A DNA stretch of 64,000 nt. It comes from a virus (taxonomy: Duplodnaviria; Caudoviricetes). The notes beneath the pieces are model-generated. The model was not told where the DNA came from and ran no database searches. It was given only the letters and a program-made list of their open reading frames with translations. The position numbers and the translations under genes were made by a program. The DNA is taken from positions 32,001-96,000 of the IMG/VR virus record IMGVR_UViG_2690316366_000001; one strand, given 5' to 3'. Below are positions 28,942 through 38,147 of the stretch, piece after piece. The stretch's first letter is position 1. The number at the start of each line of letters is the position of its first letter.

Positions 28942-29024
28942 GGGTGAACCTCCGTTCAAATCGGTCGTAGCCGAGGGGGTGATGGGAAATCGATCGTAGC
29001 CGGGGAGGTGGGCGCAGCCGGGGG

Positions 29025-31385
29025 CTATCCCGGCGGCGGCCCATCGATCACGACGAGCGCTGTGTTGACCATGGTACCGGCGGCCTTGAATGACCCCGCG
29101 GGCAGAGGGCGGTATTCCACCGCCATCGGTTCGAGCTTCGCCCGCTGGCGCGGACCGTCGGCGCAGATCGCGACGAGCCGGCCACGAGGCTTCAAGAACT
29201 TCCGGCCATGCGTGATGTGCTTGATGTCGGCGCCGTTCTCAAATGGCGGGTTCATCAAGACAATGTCGAAACGCTCGGCCGGCGGGTCGAAGTCCAGGAA
29301 GTCGCCGCAGTGGACGAACGTGCCGGGGAACGCTGCGCGCAGGTGCTCCGAAAGTTTTGCGTTGATCTCGACCGCCACCACCTGCAGACCATCGGCGCAG
29401 TTGCGCGCAGCTTCGATCAGTGCGCCCGTTCCGGCGCTCGGCTCCAAGATGCGCTGCCCGGGCCGGATGTCGGCCGCCTCTGCCACGTCCGCGGCGAGTT
29501 CGCCCGATGTCGGGAAGAGCTGAGGCGCAACGACGACTTGCACGCCGCCGCCTTTCAGCATCGCCCGCATGGCCTCGAAACTATCCGCCGCCGTCGGCGC
29601 GGGCAAATCGGCCGTATCCGGGACCGGGGCGAGAACGCGCGGCCGAAGGTCCGCCGGCACGGGCTCGGCCTCGAACGGCACGCCAGCCAGTCCGCAGAAT
29701 TGCCGCCAGGCGGTCGCCTCGTCGTCGCACCAATCTGTAACGTGCTGGCCGAGGCCAACACGGAATTTGCCGAGTCCGGTGATGATCTCGGCGCCCGCGC
29801 GCTGCGCCTCCGCCTTGGCATCGCCGAGGCGCCGCGGCTCTTCCGCGGGCGCAACCGGGACCAGCGCCGCCACGGCCTCGGGCTCGTCCTGGGCCTCCCT
29901 CTCGACCGGTGCGCCGATGATCGCGCCGACCGTTGCCAGCATGGCGTCAAGATCAACCGCGGGCGGCGCGACATACTCGGCGACGAATTCGGCCGGCTCG
30001 GTTGGCTCCGGTGCTGGCGCGATCTTGGGCGGATCGACCCGCTTTGCATCCGTGATGTAAACTTGGACCTTCTTCCAGTATTCACCGGGCTTCGGCATCT
30101 GGCGGACGCGGTGCGCGCTGTGGGTCTCGGTCTCCTTCACTTTGCCGATATAGGGGAAATCCGAGAACTGCGGGCGCGCCTTCCATTCGGCCTCCGTCAT
30201 CTCGCGGAATCCTTCGCCGGGATAGTTGCAGATCGGCGGGAGCTTGGCGGCGGACTTCGCCGCGGCGACGTTCTCCGCGCTCGGCGGCCGATAATCGCTG
30301 ATGCTCTCCACGCTCCATTGCGCGCGCTTGGAGCGCGAGCCAGTCGGCGCGGTCGTCGTCATGCTGGAAACCGAACCGTTGGCGCCCTTGTTGACCTTCA
30401 GCACGGTAAGCCACTCGTCGCAGCGGCTCGTCTGCACCTGACCGCCGACCGCGAAGGCGAAGCGGTCCGCAAGCGGGTTGGCGGTCGCCTCCGCTCCGAT
30501 CTGCTCGGCCAGCATCGCCCGTTCATAGGCCAGCCGGTTGTCATAGTGCGCAATCCAGCGGGCGCGCCGAGGCCCGGAGCGCTCCAGGCTCGGAATCGCA
30601 ATCGCGGCGGCCTGCGCGGCGGTGATGACGTTCCCATCAATCGCCGACCAAAGGCCCATTGGCCCCTCATACTGCGAGGCCGGCGGGTCGCGCGGATAAT
30701 CGGCCAACGGAAACGACATCGACCAATAACCGCCGACATTGGCCACGGCCAAGCCGGCCGCGCGCTGCTTCTCGGGGTCATTGATGCCGGCGACGATTTG
30801 CCAGGCCTTCAGCTGCCTTTCGGTCTCCGCCTGCTGGCGCTCCACCTTCCGCTTGTCGGACTCAATGCCCTTGATGCGGCGATGACGCACCGCCGGCAGT
30901 TCCTTGTATTTCGCATGAGCGATTGCGCCGGCCGCGCGCGCAGTCCAATAATTCGAGGTGTCCCAGAGCCTGACCGCCTTGCGCATGTTGCTGTGTATGC
31001 GCTCTTGATCCTTGCGGGCACGCTTCTCGCTGTGGTGCCCAACCAAAATAGGCTGCCCCCCATAGAAGCGCTCGGCGATCTCATCGGACACTTTCCGCGC
31101 GCTCTCGGCTTCCGCCAAGCGCTTTTCGCTATACCCCTCGAAGCGGTCGGCGCGCTGCTCGGCGCGGTCGGTCAGCGCGGTGTCTTCGTCGCCGATCTCG
31201 CCACACATCTCAATCAGCAAGTCTTCGGCGCCGGGGCTCCAGGTTGGTTTGACGAACAGTTCTTGACGCGGCGCCCACTTGAAGCCGGCGGCCTTCACGC
31301 GCGCGTAATCCTCGGCGTCGAGCCGGTGCGCCGGATAAAGGCGCAGCTTGTTGTCATCGGGCGAATAGGTGGCGGAATGCTGCAT
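29025..31385 (-). CDS. DUF3560-domain protein fused to a class I adenine methyltransferase
   Basis: ATYSPDDNKLRLY; GQPILVGHHSEKRARKD; QLFPT, ILEPSAGTG, MNPPF. Confidence 0.88.
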   Translation of the reverse strand: MQHSATYSPDDNKLRLYPAHRLDAEDYARVKAAGFKWAPRQELFVKPTWSPGAEDLLIEMCGEIGDEDTALTDRAEQRADRFEGYSEKRLAEAESARKVSDEIAERFYGGQPILVGHHSEKRARKDQERIHSNMRKAVRLWDTSNYWTARAAGAIAHAKYKELPAVRHRRIKGIESDKRKVERQQAETERQLKAWQIVAGINDPEKQRAAGLAVANVGGYWSMSFPLADYPRDPPASQYEGPMGLWSAIDGNVITAAQAAAIAIPSLERSGPRRARWIAHYDNRLAYERAMLAEQIGAEATANPLADRFAFAVGGQVQTSRCDEWLTVLKVNKGANGSVSSMTTTAPTGSRSKRAQWSVESISDYRPPSAENVAAAKSAAKLPPICNYPGEGFREMTEAEWKARPQFSDFPYIGKVKETETHSAHRVRQMPKPGEYWKKVQVYITDAKRVDPPKIAPAPEPTEPAEFVAEYVAPPAVDLDAMLATVGAIIGAPVEREAQDEPEAVAALVPVAPAEEPRRLGDAKAEAQRAGAEIITGLGKFRVGLGQHVTDWCDDEATAWRQFCGLAGVPFEAEPVPADLRPRVLAPVPDTADLPAPTAADSFEAMRAMLKGGGVQVVVAPQLFPTSGELAADVAEAADIRPGQRILEPSAGTGALIEAARNCADGLQVVAVEINAKLSEHLRAAFPGTFVHCGDFLDFDPPAERFDIVLMNPPFENGADIKHITHGRKFLKPRGRLVAICADGPRQRAKLEPMAVEYRPLPAGSFKAAGTMVNTALVVIDGPPPG

Positions 31386-31429
31386 GTGTTTTCATCCTTT
31401 CAACTTGCGCACAATCGCGCGGGGCTGCT

Positions 31430-31459
31430 TCTCTAATTTGTGTCGGCCGAATCTGTCAA
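31430..31459 (-). promoter_or_regulatory. putative sigma70 promoter for the DUF3560-methyltransferase sub-operon
   Basis: Perfect TTGACA (31459-31454) in a spacer, followed directly by GATTC; -10 box weak. Confidence 0.5.
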
Positions 31460-31514
31460 GCGTGTTTGCAAAATCGGCCGTAGCTCGGGGGTGGAAAATC
31501 GATCGTAGCCGGGA

Positions 31515-32417
31515 CTACTGCGCAGTGCCGACGCGCAGGAGTGCCAAGGCGTGATACTCGCTGCCCTCGGCGGCCTTGGCCTTTACGAATGCCTCGGCCT
31601 CGTCGTCGCGGCTCACGCCGTCGCGGACAAATATTGAAGACTCGGCGTCCGCCTGAATCTCAAGCGTGCCGGTGTCGCTGTTCTCGAACAGGCCCCATCC
31701 TTCCGAGCAAGCGCGGTCATCCTGCCCGATGAATTGCGCCGCGGGCGCAGCCGGGAGGCCGGCGGCCGCTCGGCGATAGGCCTCGGCCGCCTCGTCAGCG
31801 TCGGAGACCGCTTCCGCAATCGTGCCGTCCTCGTCGCTGAACATGCCGCGCATCTGGTCAATCTGATGGGTGCAGGCGTCGAGCGCGCCGGCCAGGTCGC
31901 GGGCGATCTGGCGCCAGTCCTGCGCAGGCGCAACCGGGACTGTGCCGCCGACAATCTCCAATTCCTCGACCCGGAAGAAGTCGCCGCGCATTTCGCCGAC
32001 GCGCTCAAAATAGGCTTCCGCTAGCTCGTCAGGATCGGCCGGCTTGTCCTCGTCCATCCGTGCGGCCCAATTCTCGGCCGCGATCTCACGGCGCCAGGCG
32101 CGCGCCGTGTCGCTGTTAGGATAGAGGCGCGTTTCGTCGCCGTGCCGGGTTTCATGGGTAGCCACGGCGAGCGGTGGCAGCGTCACGGTCTGCTCTTCGA
32201 TGATGCAGGGGCCGTCAACGGCATCTTCCCATAGCTCGCTGATATTGTCCGCCGTCGCGGCCTCGACCGCGGCCAGGCGCTCGGGGGTCCGCTTGAGGAT
32301 GTCGCGCAGGCTCGTGCGGACATATTCCGCCGCCTCGGACTGCGTGGCGTGCACCGTGGTTTCGGTCCCGCAGTTGTCGCCCTCAGTGGTGCAAGTCCAA
32401 ATCGTGATTGTGCTCAT
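31515..32417 (-). CDS. acidic multi-segment hypothetical protein
   Basis: 300-aa ORF; GAAAGGAG RBS; Asp/Glu-rich. Confidence 0.75.
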   Translation of the reverse strand: MSTITIWTCTTEGDNCGTETTVHATQSEAAEYVRTSLRDILKRTPERLAAVEAATADNISELWEDAVDGPCIIEEQTVTLPPLAVATHETRHGDETRLYPNSDTARAWRREIAAENWAARMDEDKPADPDELAEAYFERVGEMRGDFFRVEELEIVGGTVPVAPAQDWRQIARDLAGALDACTHQIDQMRGMFSDEDGTIAEAVSDADEAAEAYRRAAAGLPAAPAAQFIGQDDRACSEGWGLFENSDTGTLEIQADAESSIFVRDGVSRDDEAEAFVKAKAAEGSEYHALALLRVGTAQ

Positions 32418-32461
32418 TGTGATGATCTCCTTTCAAAAACAACCGTAGCCAAGGGGCGGAA

Positions 32462-32812
32462 TCAGTCGCGGGCGGGGGGATTGGTGCGGGTTTCGAGGCA
32501 GCGCGCGTGGCGCTCGGCGCCCTCTACGGATTTCAGCGCGCGCGCCACGTAATCCGCTGCATTGTTGGCGTCGGCGATCCGCAGGTGATTGCGCGCGGTG
32601 CGGATCAACTGCGCGGCAAGCCGGACACGCTCCAGGCGGGAGGCCGGCGGCGTTTCCAACAGCGACAACTGCGCGTCACGCTTCTGCAGGCGCTCAATCT
32701 CGGCCAGCGCCAAGTCAGCTTGTGCGCTCGGGCTGTCGCTGTCCTCGTGCGGAACGTCAACATTCAGCGCGTCAAGAATCGAGTCGGTAAAGTCGGTGCA
32801 GGTGTAAGTCAT
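32462..32812 (-). CDS. hypothetical protein
   Basis: Motif A + GAAAGGA upstream. Confidence 0.7.
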   Translation of the reverse strand: MTYTCTDFTDSILDALNVDVPHEDSDSPSAQADLALAEIERLQKRDAQLSLLETPPASRLERVRLAAQLIRTARNHLRIADANNAADYVARALKSVEGAERHARCLETRTNPPARD

Positions 32813-32952
32813 TTGGCTTTCGTCCTTTCGTTTTACGCACTATCGCGCAGATGGTGGAGCGACCGCGGCCAGGTGCGCGCGTCATCCACCGCGCAAAATC
32901 AGCCGTAGTCGGGAGGTGCGCCGCCGGCCGGGAAATCAGCCGGCCCCGGGGG

Positions 32953-33344
32953 TTACTCGGCGAGCTCCTCCAGGGTGACGCCGTCTTCGGCCGCATACTC
33001 GGAAATCAGAGTCAGCGCCCAATCTTCCGCCGCGCCGATCATTTCGCCGTCGCCGCCGCCGTGTTTCGAGTTGACCCGGGCGCATGCGTCCGCGGTCCAT
33101 CGTTCAAGGCCGGGAACGTCGCCGAAAAAGTCGCGCGCGCGTTCCAAAACGGATTCCTCCGACAAGCACGCGAGGCCGTAAATCCCGGCGATGTGCTCGT
33201 CAATCCGTCATCGCGGGTTGAGCGCTGGCGCGCGTAGCGCCAGGCTACGCCGTAGCGTTGCAGCGCGGAGCGGACGCGCCATCGATACTTTGAAGCCTCG
33301 TTAACGAGCGTGGCGAGCGGCGAGCGGGGCAAGGTGAGATGCAT
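32953..33344 (-). pseudogene. frameshifted hypothetical gene (apparent 1-nt deletion near 33207)
   Basis: MHLTLPR...RSTRDD continues as IDEHIAGIYGLACLSEESV in another frame; span 392 nt. Confidence 0.55.
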
Positions 33345-33391
33345 AACGGTTCCTTTGTTCTGTGATGGGAGATCGGCCGGCGACGGGACTG

Positions 33392-33670
33392 TTAGCAATT
33401 CACTTCGTGAAAGCCGCGCGCACCGTTCAAGACCTTGAAGCCCGGCGGGGAACGATCGCCCTTGCCAATCCGCATAGTGGCAACCGCCGGCTTTCCCGTT
33501 GCCGCCAGGTCCGCGCAGTAGTCCGCGAATGCCTTTTCTGCATCGGCCGCGCGCTTGATCTCGACTTCGCGCCGTGGGAGCGGGCTTTTGTCCTCTCCGA
33601 TGCAAAGCGCCACGCTAACGAATGCGCCGTTACGTTCCGCCGCGTAGCTATTCAAGATCAGTTTTGCCAT
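33392..33670 (-). CDS. hypothetical protein
   Basis: Motif A + GAAAGGAG; start MAKLILNS. Confidence 0.7.
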   Translation of the reverse strand: MAKLILNSYAAERNGAFVSVALCIGEDKSPLPRREVEIKRAADAEKAFADYCADLAATGKPAVATMRIGKGDRSPPGFKVLNGARGFHEVNC

Positions 33671-33756
33671 GTCGTTTAACTCCTTTCGAATTGCGCACCA
33701 TTGCGCCGAAAAAATCGGCCTAGCCGACGGATTGGGGAAATCGGCCGCAACCGGGA

Positions 33757-34170
33757 CTAGGCCGCGGCGACTTGCTCGGCCGGCTTTTCGTCGGTCTGCG
33801 AAACGTCGAAAACCGGGACCAGGATAAACCGCACCGACTCCGCCACGGCCTCGGCTGCGGCGCCGTCCGCGCTCGGAGCCGCTGAGGCCTCGGCCGTTGC
33901 GCGCCGGCCGGACGGCGCAAAGATGTAGATTGCGGACTCGCCTTTGCGGACCGCGCGGCCGGCGGCAAGCCATTGATTGAAGCCGCCCAGCATGGTTGCG
34001 CCTTCGCATTGCATCGCCGCCAGCATGTGATTTTTGCCGGATATCGGCCGCGCGTCCGCGGTGAGGATCGGCGCGCGCTGCAGCCAAAGCGCCTTCTGCT
34101 CTTCCGTCATGTTGGCAATCTGGCGCGCCAGCTGCGCGGCCTTTTCTTTGTTGGGATTCGGTTTCCGCAT
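33757..34170 (-). CDS. ArdC-like N-terminal ssDNA-binding domain protein
   Basis: GFNQWLAAGRAVRKGESAIYIFAP...FILVPVFDVSQT. Confidence 0.82.
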   Translation of the reverse strand: MRKPNPNKEKAAQLARQIANMTEEQKALWLQRAPILTADARPISGKNHMLAAMQCEGATMLGGFNQWLAAGRAVRKGESAIYIFAPSGRRATAEASAAPSADGAAAEAVAESVRFILVPVFDVSQTDEKPAEQVAAA

Positions 34171-34240
34171 GGTCTGTTTTCCTTTCCGGTTGCGCACAAT
34201 CGCGCGTGTTGCATTCCGTGAGGCCGAGGCGCGCCGCTTC

Positions 34241-34438
34241 TTAGTGCAGTTCCCAGGCGCGCAATTCGACGCCTGAACGCTTGCCGCGCTTGAATTCGTC
34301 GCAGCGGCGCGCGTATTCCTCGGCCTCGGCGGCAATATCAAACCGCCGCGATAGTTCGCCCCAATTGTTGAATTCGCAGCGATCAACCAGGCGAAACTTT
34401 GCGCCATCGGGCAAGATATCGAATCCATAGGCTCGCAT
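34241..34438 (-). CDS. hypothetical protein
   Basis: 65-aa ORF with GGAG RBS. Confidence 0.55.
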   Translation of the reverse strand: MRAYGFDILPDGAKFRLVDRCEFNNWGELSRRFDIAAEAEEYARRCDEFKRGKRSGVELRAWELH

Positions 34439-34453
34439 TGCTGGCGACTCCGA

Positions 34454-35551
34454 CTAGCTGGCGCGGATCGCGCAGAGAGGCGCAACCGGGAGGGATGGCC
34501 GAGGCGCGCCGAGCGATGACGAGGCCAGGAAGCGCGCGGCGCGGGAAGGCGCAACCGGGATAGGGGCCGCGGAGTTGGGCGCGGGCGCAACCGGGAGGGA
34601 ATCGGCCGTATCCGGGAGGGAGGCCGCCGCGGTTTCGACGCCGGCGGAATTGTCTGCGACAAGCCGCAACCGCGGCGCCTCGGCCTCGGCCTTGGCTGCA
34701 GCTGCGCGCGCCTCGGCCTCTTGCTCGGCGCGCCGGCCGGCCTCGGCCTCGGCCTTTGCCGCGGCTTTGGCCTCGGCCTCGGCCGCGCGAACGATGGCGC
34801 GGCGCCGCGCTTCAATTTCCAGCCATGCCATACCGCCGAGGCGCGACCGATAGTCTGCAATCTGCGCGCCGAGCTCGGCCGCGCGTTCCTCGTCGGCGCC
34901 GGCCAAAATCTCGGCCTCGGCCGAGGCAATGAGGTAGTGCCCGCGGTAGAAGTCGGCGCGCGTCAACCCGCCGGCCTCGGCGGTTTCCGGCAAGGCCGAG
35001 GCCTCGGCGGAAAGTGCGACATGATCGAAACGGCCGCGGCGATATTCGGCCGTCCGCGCGTTGCATTCCTCGGCCGGATATTCGGCGCCGGTAGCGTCAC
35101 AGATGGCGGAAATGATGGACGGGACCGCGACACAATCGGAACCGATGGCCGAGGCTTTCCCGAATTCCCGCGCGATCCGCGCGCGGTAGAAGGCAAAGGC
35201 AACACGCAAGCCGCGGCCGATATTGACCGGCTTGCCAGGCAGTGAAACCGCTGGCGCGCGTACCACGGCGCCGCATGCGAACGTCACAACGATGATAGGT
35301 GACTTGCCTAGCTTTTTCGTCGCGCTTGCAGGAATGACGTAGTCCGCCCATGGATCCGCCGCGCCGTCCGGGATCTTGGCCGCGCCGGATCCAGCTTTCT
35401 GCGCCGGCAATGCGAGGCGCAGCAAATCGGCAATGCCGCGCCAGTTCGCGCCGTCGGGATTCGCGGTCGCGTTGTCATAGGCGAGGATCGCCAGCGCGCG
35501 CCGTTCCGTTGCCTTTGCGGCCTTGGCCGCGATCAAATCAACTTGTTGCAT
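34454..35551 (-). CDS. Ala-rich hypothetical protein with AEAEA helix and PVAP tail
   Basis: Motif A + GAAAGGA; start MQQVDL; 365 aa. Confidence 0.7.
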   Translation of the reverse strand: MQQVDLIAAKAAKATERRALAILAYDNATANPDGANWRGIADLLRLALPAQKAGSGAAKIPDGAADPWADYVIPASATKKLGKSPIIVVTFACGAVVRAPAVSLPGKPVNIGRGLRVAFAFYRARIAREFGKASAIGSDCVAVPSIISAICDATGAEYPAEECNARTAEYRRGRFDHVALSAEASALPETAEAGGLTRADFYRGHYLIASAEAEILAGADEERAAELGAQIADYRSRLGGMAWLEIEARRRAIVRAAEAEAKAAAKAEAEAGRRAEQEAEARAAAAKAEAEAPRLRLVADNSAGVETAAASLPDTADSLPVAPAPNSAAPIPVAPSRAARFLASSSLGAPRPSLPVAPLCAIRAS

Positions 35552-35615
35552 GGTCCATTGTCCTTTCTGATTTGCGCACGATTGCGCCGAGAATTGAGGG
35601 AAGGCCGAGGCCAGG

Positions 35616-35914
35616 TTAGGCCGTAGCTTTGGCGCGGCGCCGCGCGTCAATCGCGGCGCGTATCTCTTTCTTGAACCGGGGCGCATAACGGCCGTTGAAT
35701 GCGCGCAATTCAGAAAAGGCGATATCGGCCGCGGCCTTGGCAATCCGGTATCGCGGATCGAATTTAATTCGGTCCGGAGTCAGTCCCATCGGACCGCGCG
35801 CCGGAATCCCATTTCGGCCGCAAGGCCTTCTGTCACGGCGCCGAGGCGCGCGCCGGCCTCTTTCATCCGATTATCCAACTCGGCCGCGGCGGCTTGGAAT
35901 GCTGCAAAATCCAT
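35616..35914 (-). pseudogene. frameshifted small gene (apparent 1-nt deletion near 35808)
   Basis: MDFAAFQAAAAELDNRMKE...EMG joins IPARGPMGLTPDRIKFDPRYRIAK...FKKEIRAA in another frame; span 299 nt. Confidence 0.55.
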
Positions 35915-35922
35915 CGGTGCAC

Positions 35923-36111
35923 CTAGACGCTTTCGTCAAAGCGCGCGGCCTCAAAGTCGCGGCTTGCCTGTTCTGCCTCGGCGCCGGTAAGCATGCGGCG
36001 GCTTGTCGGATAATAGAACGCGCGCGTTCCGACCGGGATGAAATGCCCGTTGCGGTCATTGGCCGGATATTTGGTAATGATCCATCGCGGATCGCCGCCA
36101 TAGCGTGCCAT
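35923..36111 (-). CDS. hypothetical protein
   Basis: Motif A + GGAAAGGA; start MARYGGDPRW. Confidence 0.7.
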   Translation of the reverse strand: MARYGGDPRWIITKYPANDRNGHFIPVGTRAFYYPTSRRMLTGAEAEQASRDFEAARFDESV

Positions 36112-36169
36112 TGTAGTCTGTCCTTTCCAGTTTGCGCACAATCGCGCGAATGAATTCGACGGCGCCGGC

Positions 36170-36508
36170 CTAGTAACCTGCGGCCTCGGCGGAATAGTCG
36201 CGCTGGCCAGTCTCGGCGATTTGCCAGTCCGGAAAGCGCGCGCCGTTTTCGGTATCGTTGTACCCCGCCGAGAGCCTATCGGCCGCGCAGCTGCAAACGC
36301 CATCGCGGGTTATGCGTCCATCGCAGTCCGCGCCATCGTTGCACCATTCGTTAGTCACGGTTTGCCCGTCGAAAGAAAAGATATTTGACTCGCGCGTCCA
36401 TCCTTCGTCCGTTCTGGCGCCGTGCGAATGGTGCAACGTTTGGCCAGTCCGCAACGCGATACGGACAAGGCCGGATTTGTGATAGTGCCAAAAGCGCGCT
36501 GTTTTCAT
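36170..36508 (-). CDS. hypothetical protein
   Basis: TDEGW...DGADCDGR...QRDYSAEAAGY. Confidence 0.7.
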   Translation of the reverse strand: MKTARFWHYHKSGLVRIALRTGQTLHHSHGARTDEGWTRESNIFSFDGQTVTNEWCNDGADCDGRITRDGVCSCAADRLSAGYNDTENGARFPDWQIAETGQRDYSAEAAGY

Positions 36509-36521
36509 GGTGCGGTATCCC

Positions 36522-36851
36522 TTACGGAAGGCGGTTGAAAACGGAATGATAGGCCGAGGCCTCGGCGATGCATTCCCGCGCGGCCTCCAGATTGCGAGCG
36601 CGGCTCATGGGCGAGAGTTTCGCCGCGCGCCGATAGTAAGCCGCCCAGTGCAAAGCCTCGGCCGCAAGCGCGCGGCGCGGCCGGCAAGATAGGCGAGAGG
36701 TACGCAAGGCAACCGGACCGGCCGCGCGTTCTGCGCGCGCCGTGAATTCGATTCCGTTACAGACAATCCAGAACGTTGCCACGTTGTGGCGCCGGACGCG
36801 CGCCTCGGCGCGTAGCGCGGAAATGGTGCGGCGGTATGCATCGCGATTCAT
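36522..36851 (-). CDS. hypothetical protein
   Basis: ATGA-coupled to the upstream gene. Confidence 0.6.
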   Translation of the reverse strand: MNRDAYRRTISALRAEARVRRHNVATFWIVCNGIEFTARAERAAGPVALRTSRLSCRPRRALAAEALHWAAYYRRAAKLSPMSRARNLEAARECIAEASAYHSVFNRLP

Positions 36852-37252
36852 GCTGCGCGCTCCAGTTCGCAAGCCGCGGTCCATCCGGTTGCGCGATCAT
36901 AGGAGGCCGCGCGCGCGATCATTGGCGGCTTGCGCAATTCGTCATCCGGCGGAATCACGCCATAGCGTTCCGGCGCAGCGTCAAGTTTCGCCATGGCTGC
37001 AGCATGCTCGGCCGCGCGCCACACATTGAAGGCCGCGACGATATGCGCCGGTAGCGGTTCAGCGTATCGGACAAGCATGCCGATTCCGGTCCGCATGGCG
37101 CGGCGGACGTCATCGCCATTTGCTATCGATAGCTCATAGTCAGAAACGGAATGACGGATGGAAACTTCATAGCTGCCGGTTTCATCTGTCACGCGATAGT
37201 AAACGGTCCCCATGTAGGAACACGTCCAAGCGAATTGCGGTTTGCGGTTCAT
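36848..37252 (-). CDS. hypothetical protein
   Basis: Motif A + GAAAAAGG; start MNRKPQF. Confidence 0.7.
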   Translation of the reverse strand: MNRKPQFAWTCSYMGTVYYRVTDETGSYEVSIRHSVSDYELSIANGDDVRRAMRTGIGMLVRYAEPLPAHIVAAFNVWRAAEHAAAMAKLDAAPERYGVIPPDDELRKPPMIARAASYDRATGWTAACELERAA

Positions 37253-37290
37253 GGTCGAAAGCCTTTTTCGATTGCGCACAATCGCGCGGG

Positions 37291-37533
37291 TTAGTTGGCC
37301 AGGTTCCTAGCTTCACGGTTGAGCGCGGAAACCTCGCGACGAAACGCCGTGATTCCCTTTTCTCCGATATCCAACTTTCCGCCGGTCGGAGTCGGCAGAT
37401 ATCCGACATAACCGCGAATGTTGAAATACAGCTGGCCAGTCCGCGCGCCGTTCAAGAGAACGTCATAGCGCGGCGTCTTTTCCAGCGTTTGGCAACCGCG
37501 GCGGGTTTCCTGCAATTCCAATTTCCAAGGCAT
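37291..37533 (-). CDS. hypothetical protein
   Basis: Motif A + GAAAAGGA. Confidence 0.7.
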   Translation of the reverse strand: MPWKLELQETRRGCQTLEKTPRYDVLLNGARTGQLYFNIRGYVGYLPTPTGGKLDIGEKGITAFRREVSALNREARNLAN

Positions 37534-37626
37534 TGGCCGTTGTCCTTTTCGAGTTTGCGCACAATCGCGCTTTGGTCCGCTTTGGCGTTCCGTTGTACGG
37601 CGCGCGCGGCGCCGTACAGGGGAAAG

Positions 37627-37938
37627 TCAGAAGGCGGCTTGATTGGGCGGCTTAGGCAATCCGGAAAGCGCGCTTAACGTTTGCGCAACAGACTGCGCGG
37701 CCTCGGCCGTTGGGCAATCGGTAATTGCTTCGCAACCGCCGGCTTTGAGATGGGCGTAAACGGTCCAAAACTCGGCCTCGGAATCCGGGATTCCGCCATT
37801 GGTGAAAGTGAACCCGGTTTCGTCCGTTTCCGTGTTGCATCCGCCGACTTCAAGCCAATCAAATGGCGACCAATCCGGCGCCGTGTTACCAGTGCAGCAA
37901 TTGAAATAGACGGCGCCGTCAAGTGACACTGCAGGCAT
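37627..37938 (-). CDS. acidic hypothetical protein
   Basis: GAGGAG RBS; LEVGGC...AEFWTVYAH. Confidence 0.7.
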   Translation of the reverse strand: MPAVSLDGAVYFNCCTGNTAPDWSPFDWLEVGGCNTETDETGFTFTNGGIPDSEAEFWTVYAHLKAGGCEAITDCPTAEAAQSVAQTLSALSGLPKPPNQAAF

Positions 37939-37950
37939 TGCCCTAACTCC

Positions 37951-38055
37951 TCAAAGGCAAGAATTCAGAAAAGCACGCTTGCCATTGCGGTCCGCGGCGC
38001 GCCGAGTCCGCTTGTCCATCGGCCGGCGCTCGGAATCATGCTTGCGATACTTCAT
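37951..38055 (-). CDS. 34-aa basic peptide
   Basis: Motif A + GGAAAAGGA; MKYRKHDSERRPMDKRTRRAADRNGKRAFLNSCL. Confidence 0.55.
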   Translation of the reverse strand: MKYRKHDSERRPMDKRTRRAADRNGKRAFLNSCL

Positions 38056-38147
38056 AGCTCGTTTTCCTTTTCCAGTTTGCGCACAATTGCGCGGTTTCGG
38101 CGGTTTGTCGGTTATGCCGTGACGTGCACGGCATAGGCTGCAAACCG

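Larger units (their letters stand above)
27705..34616 (-). repeat. Motif B: polar repeat CCCGGHTRCGRYCGATTT
   Basis: Intergenic copies at 27705, 27732, 28148, 28958, 28987, 31470, 31495, 32435, 32895, 33711, 33738; intragenic at 29605 and 34600. Confidence 0.85.

Noticed and set aside
29208-31436. 742-aa plus-strand ORF
   Set aside because: Antisense shadow of the DUF3560-methyltransferase gene; no motifs; typical of high-GC DNA.
35620-35651. TTGACG-N17-GCTACG promoter-like sequence on the minus strand
   Set aside because: It lies in the 3' coding part of the frameshifted gene 35616-35914, so it may be coincidental.
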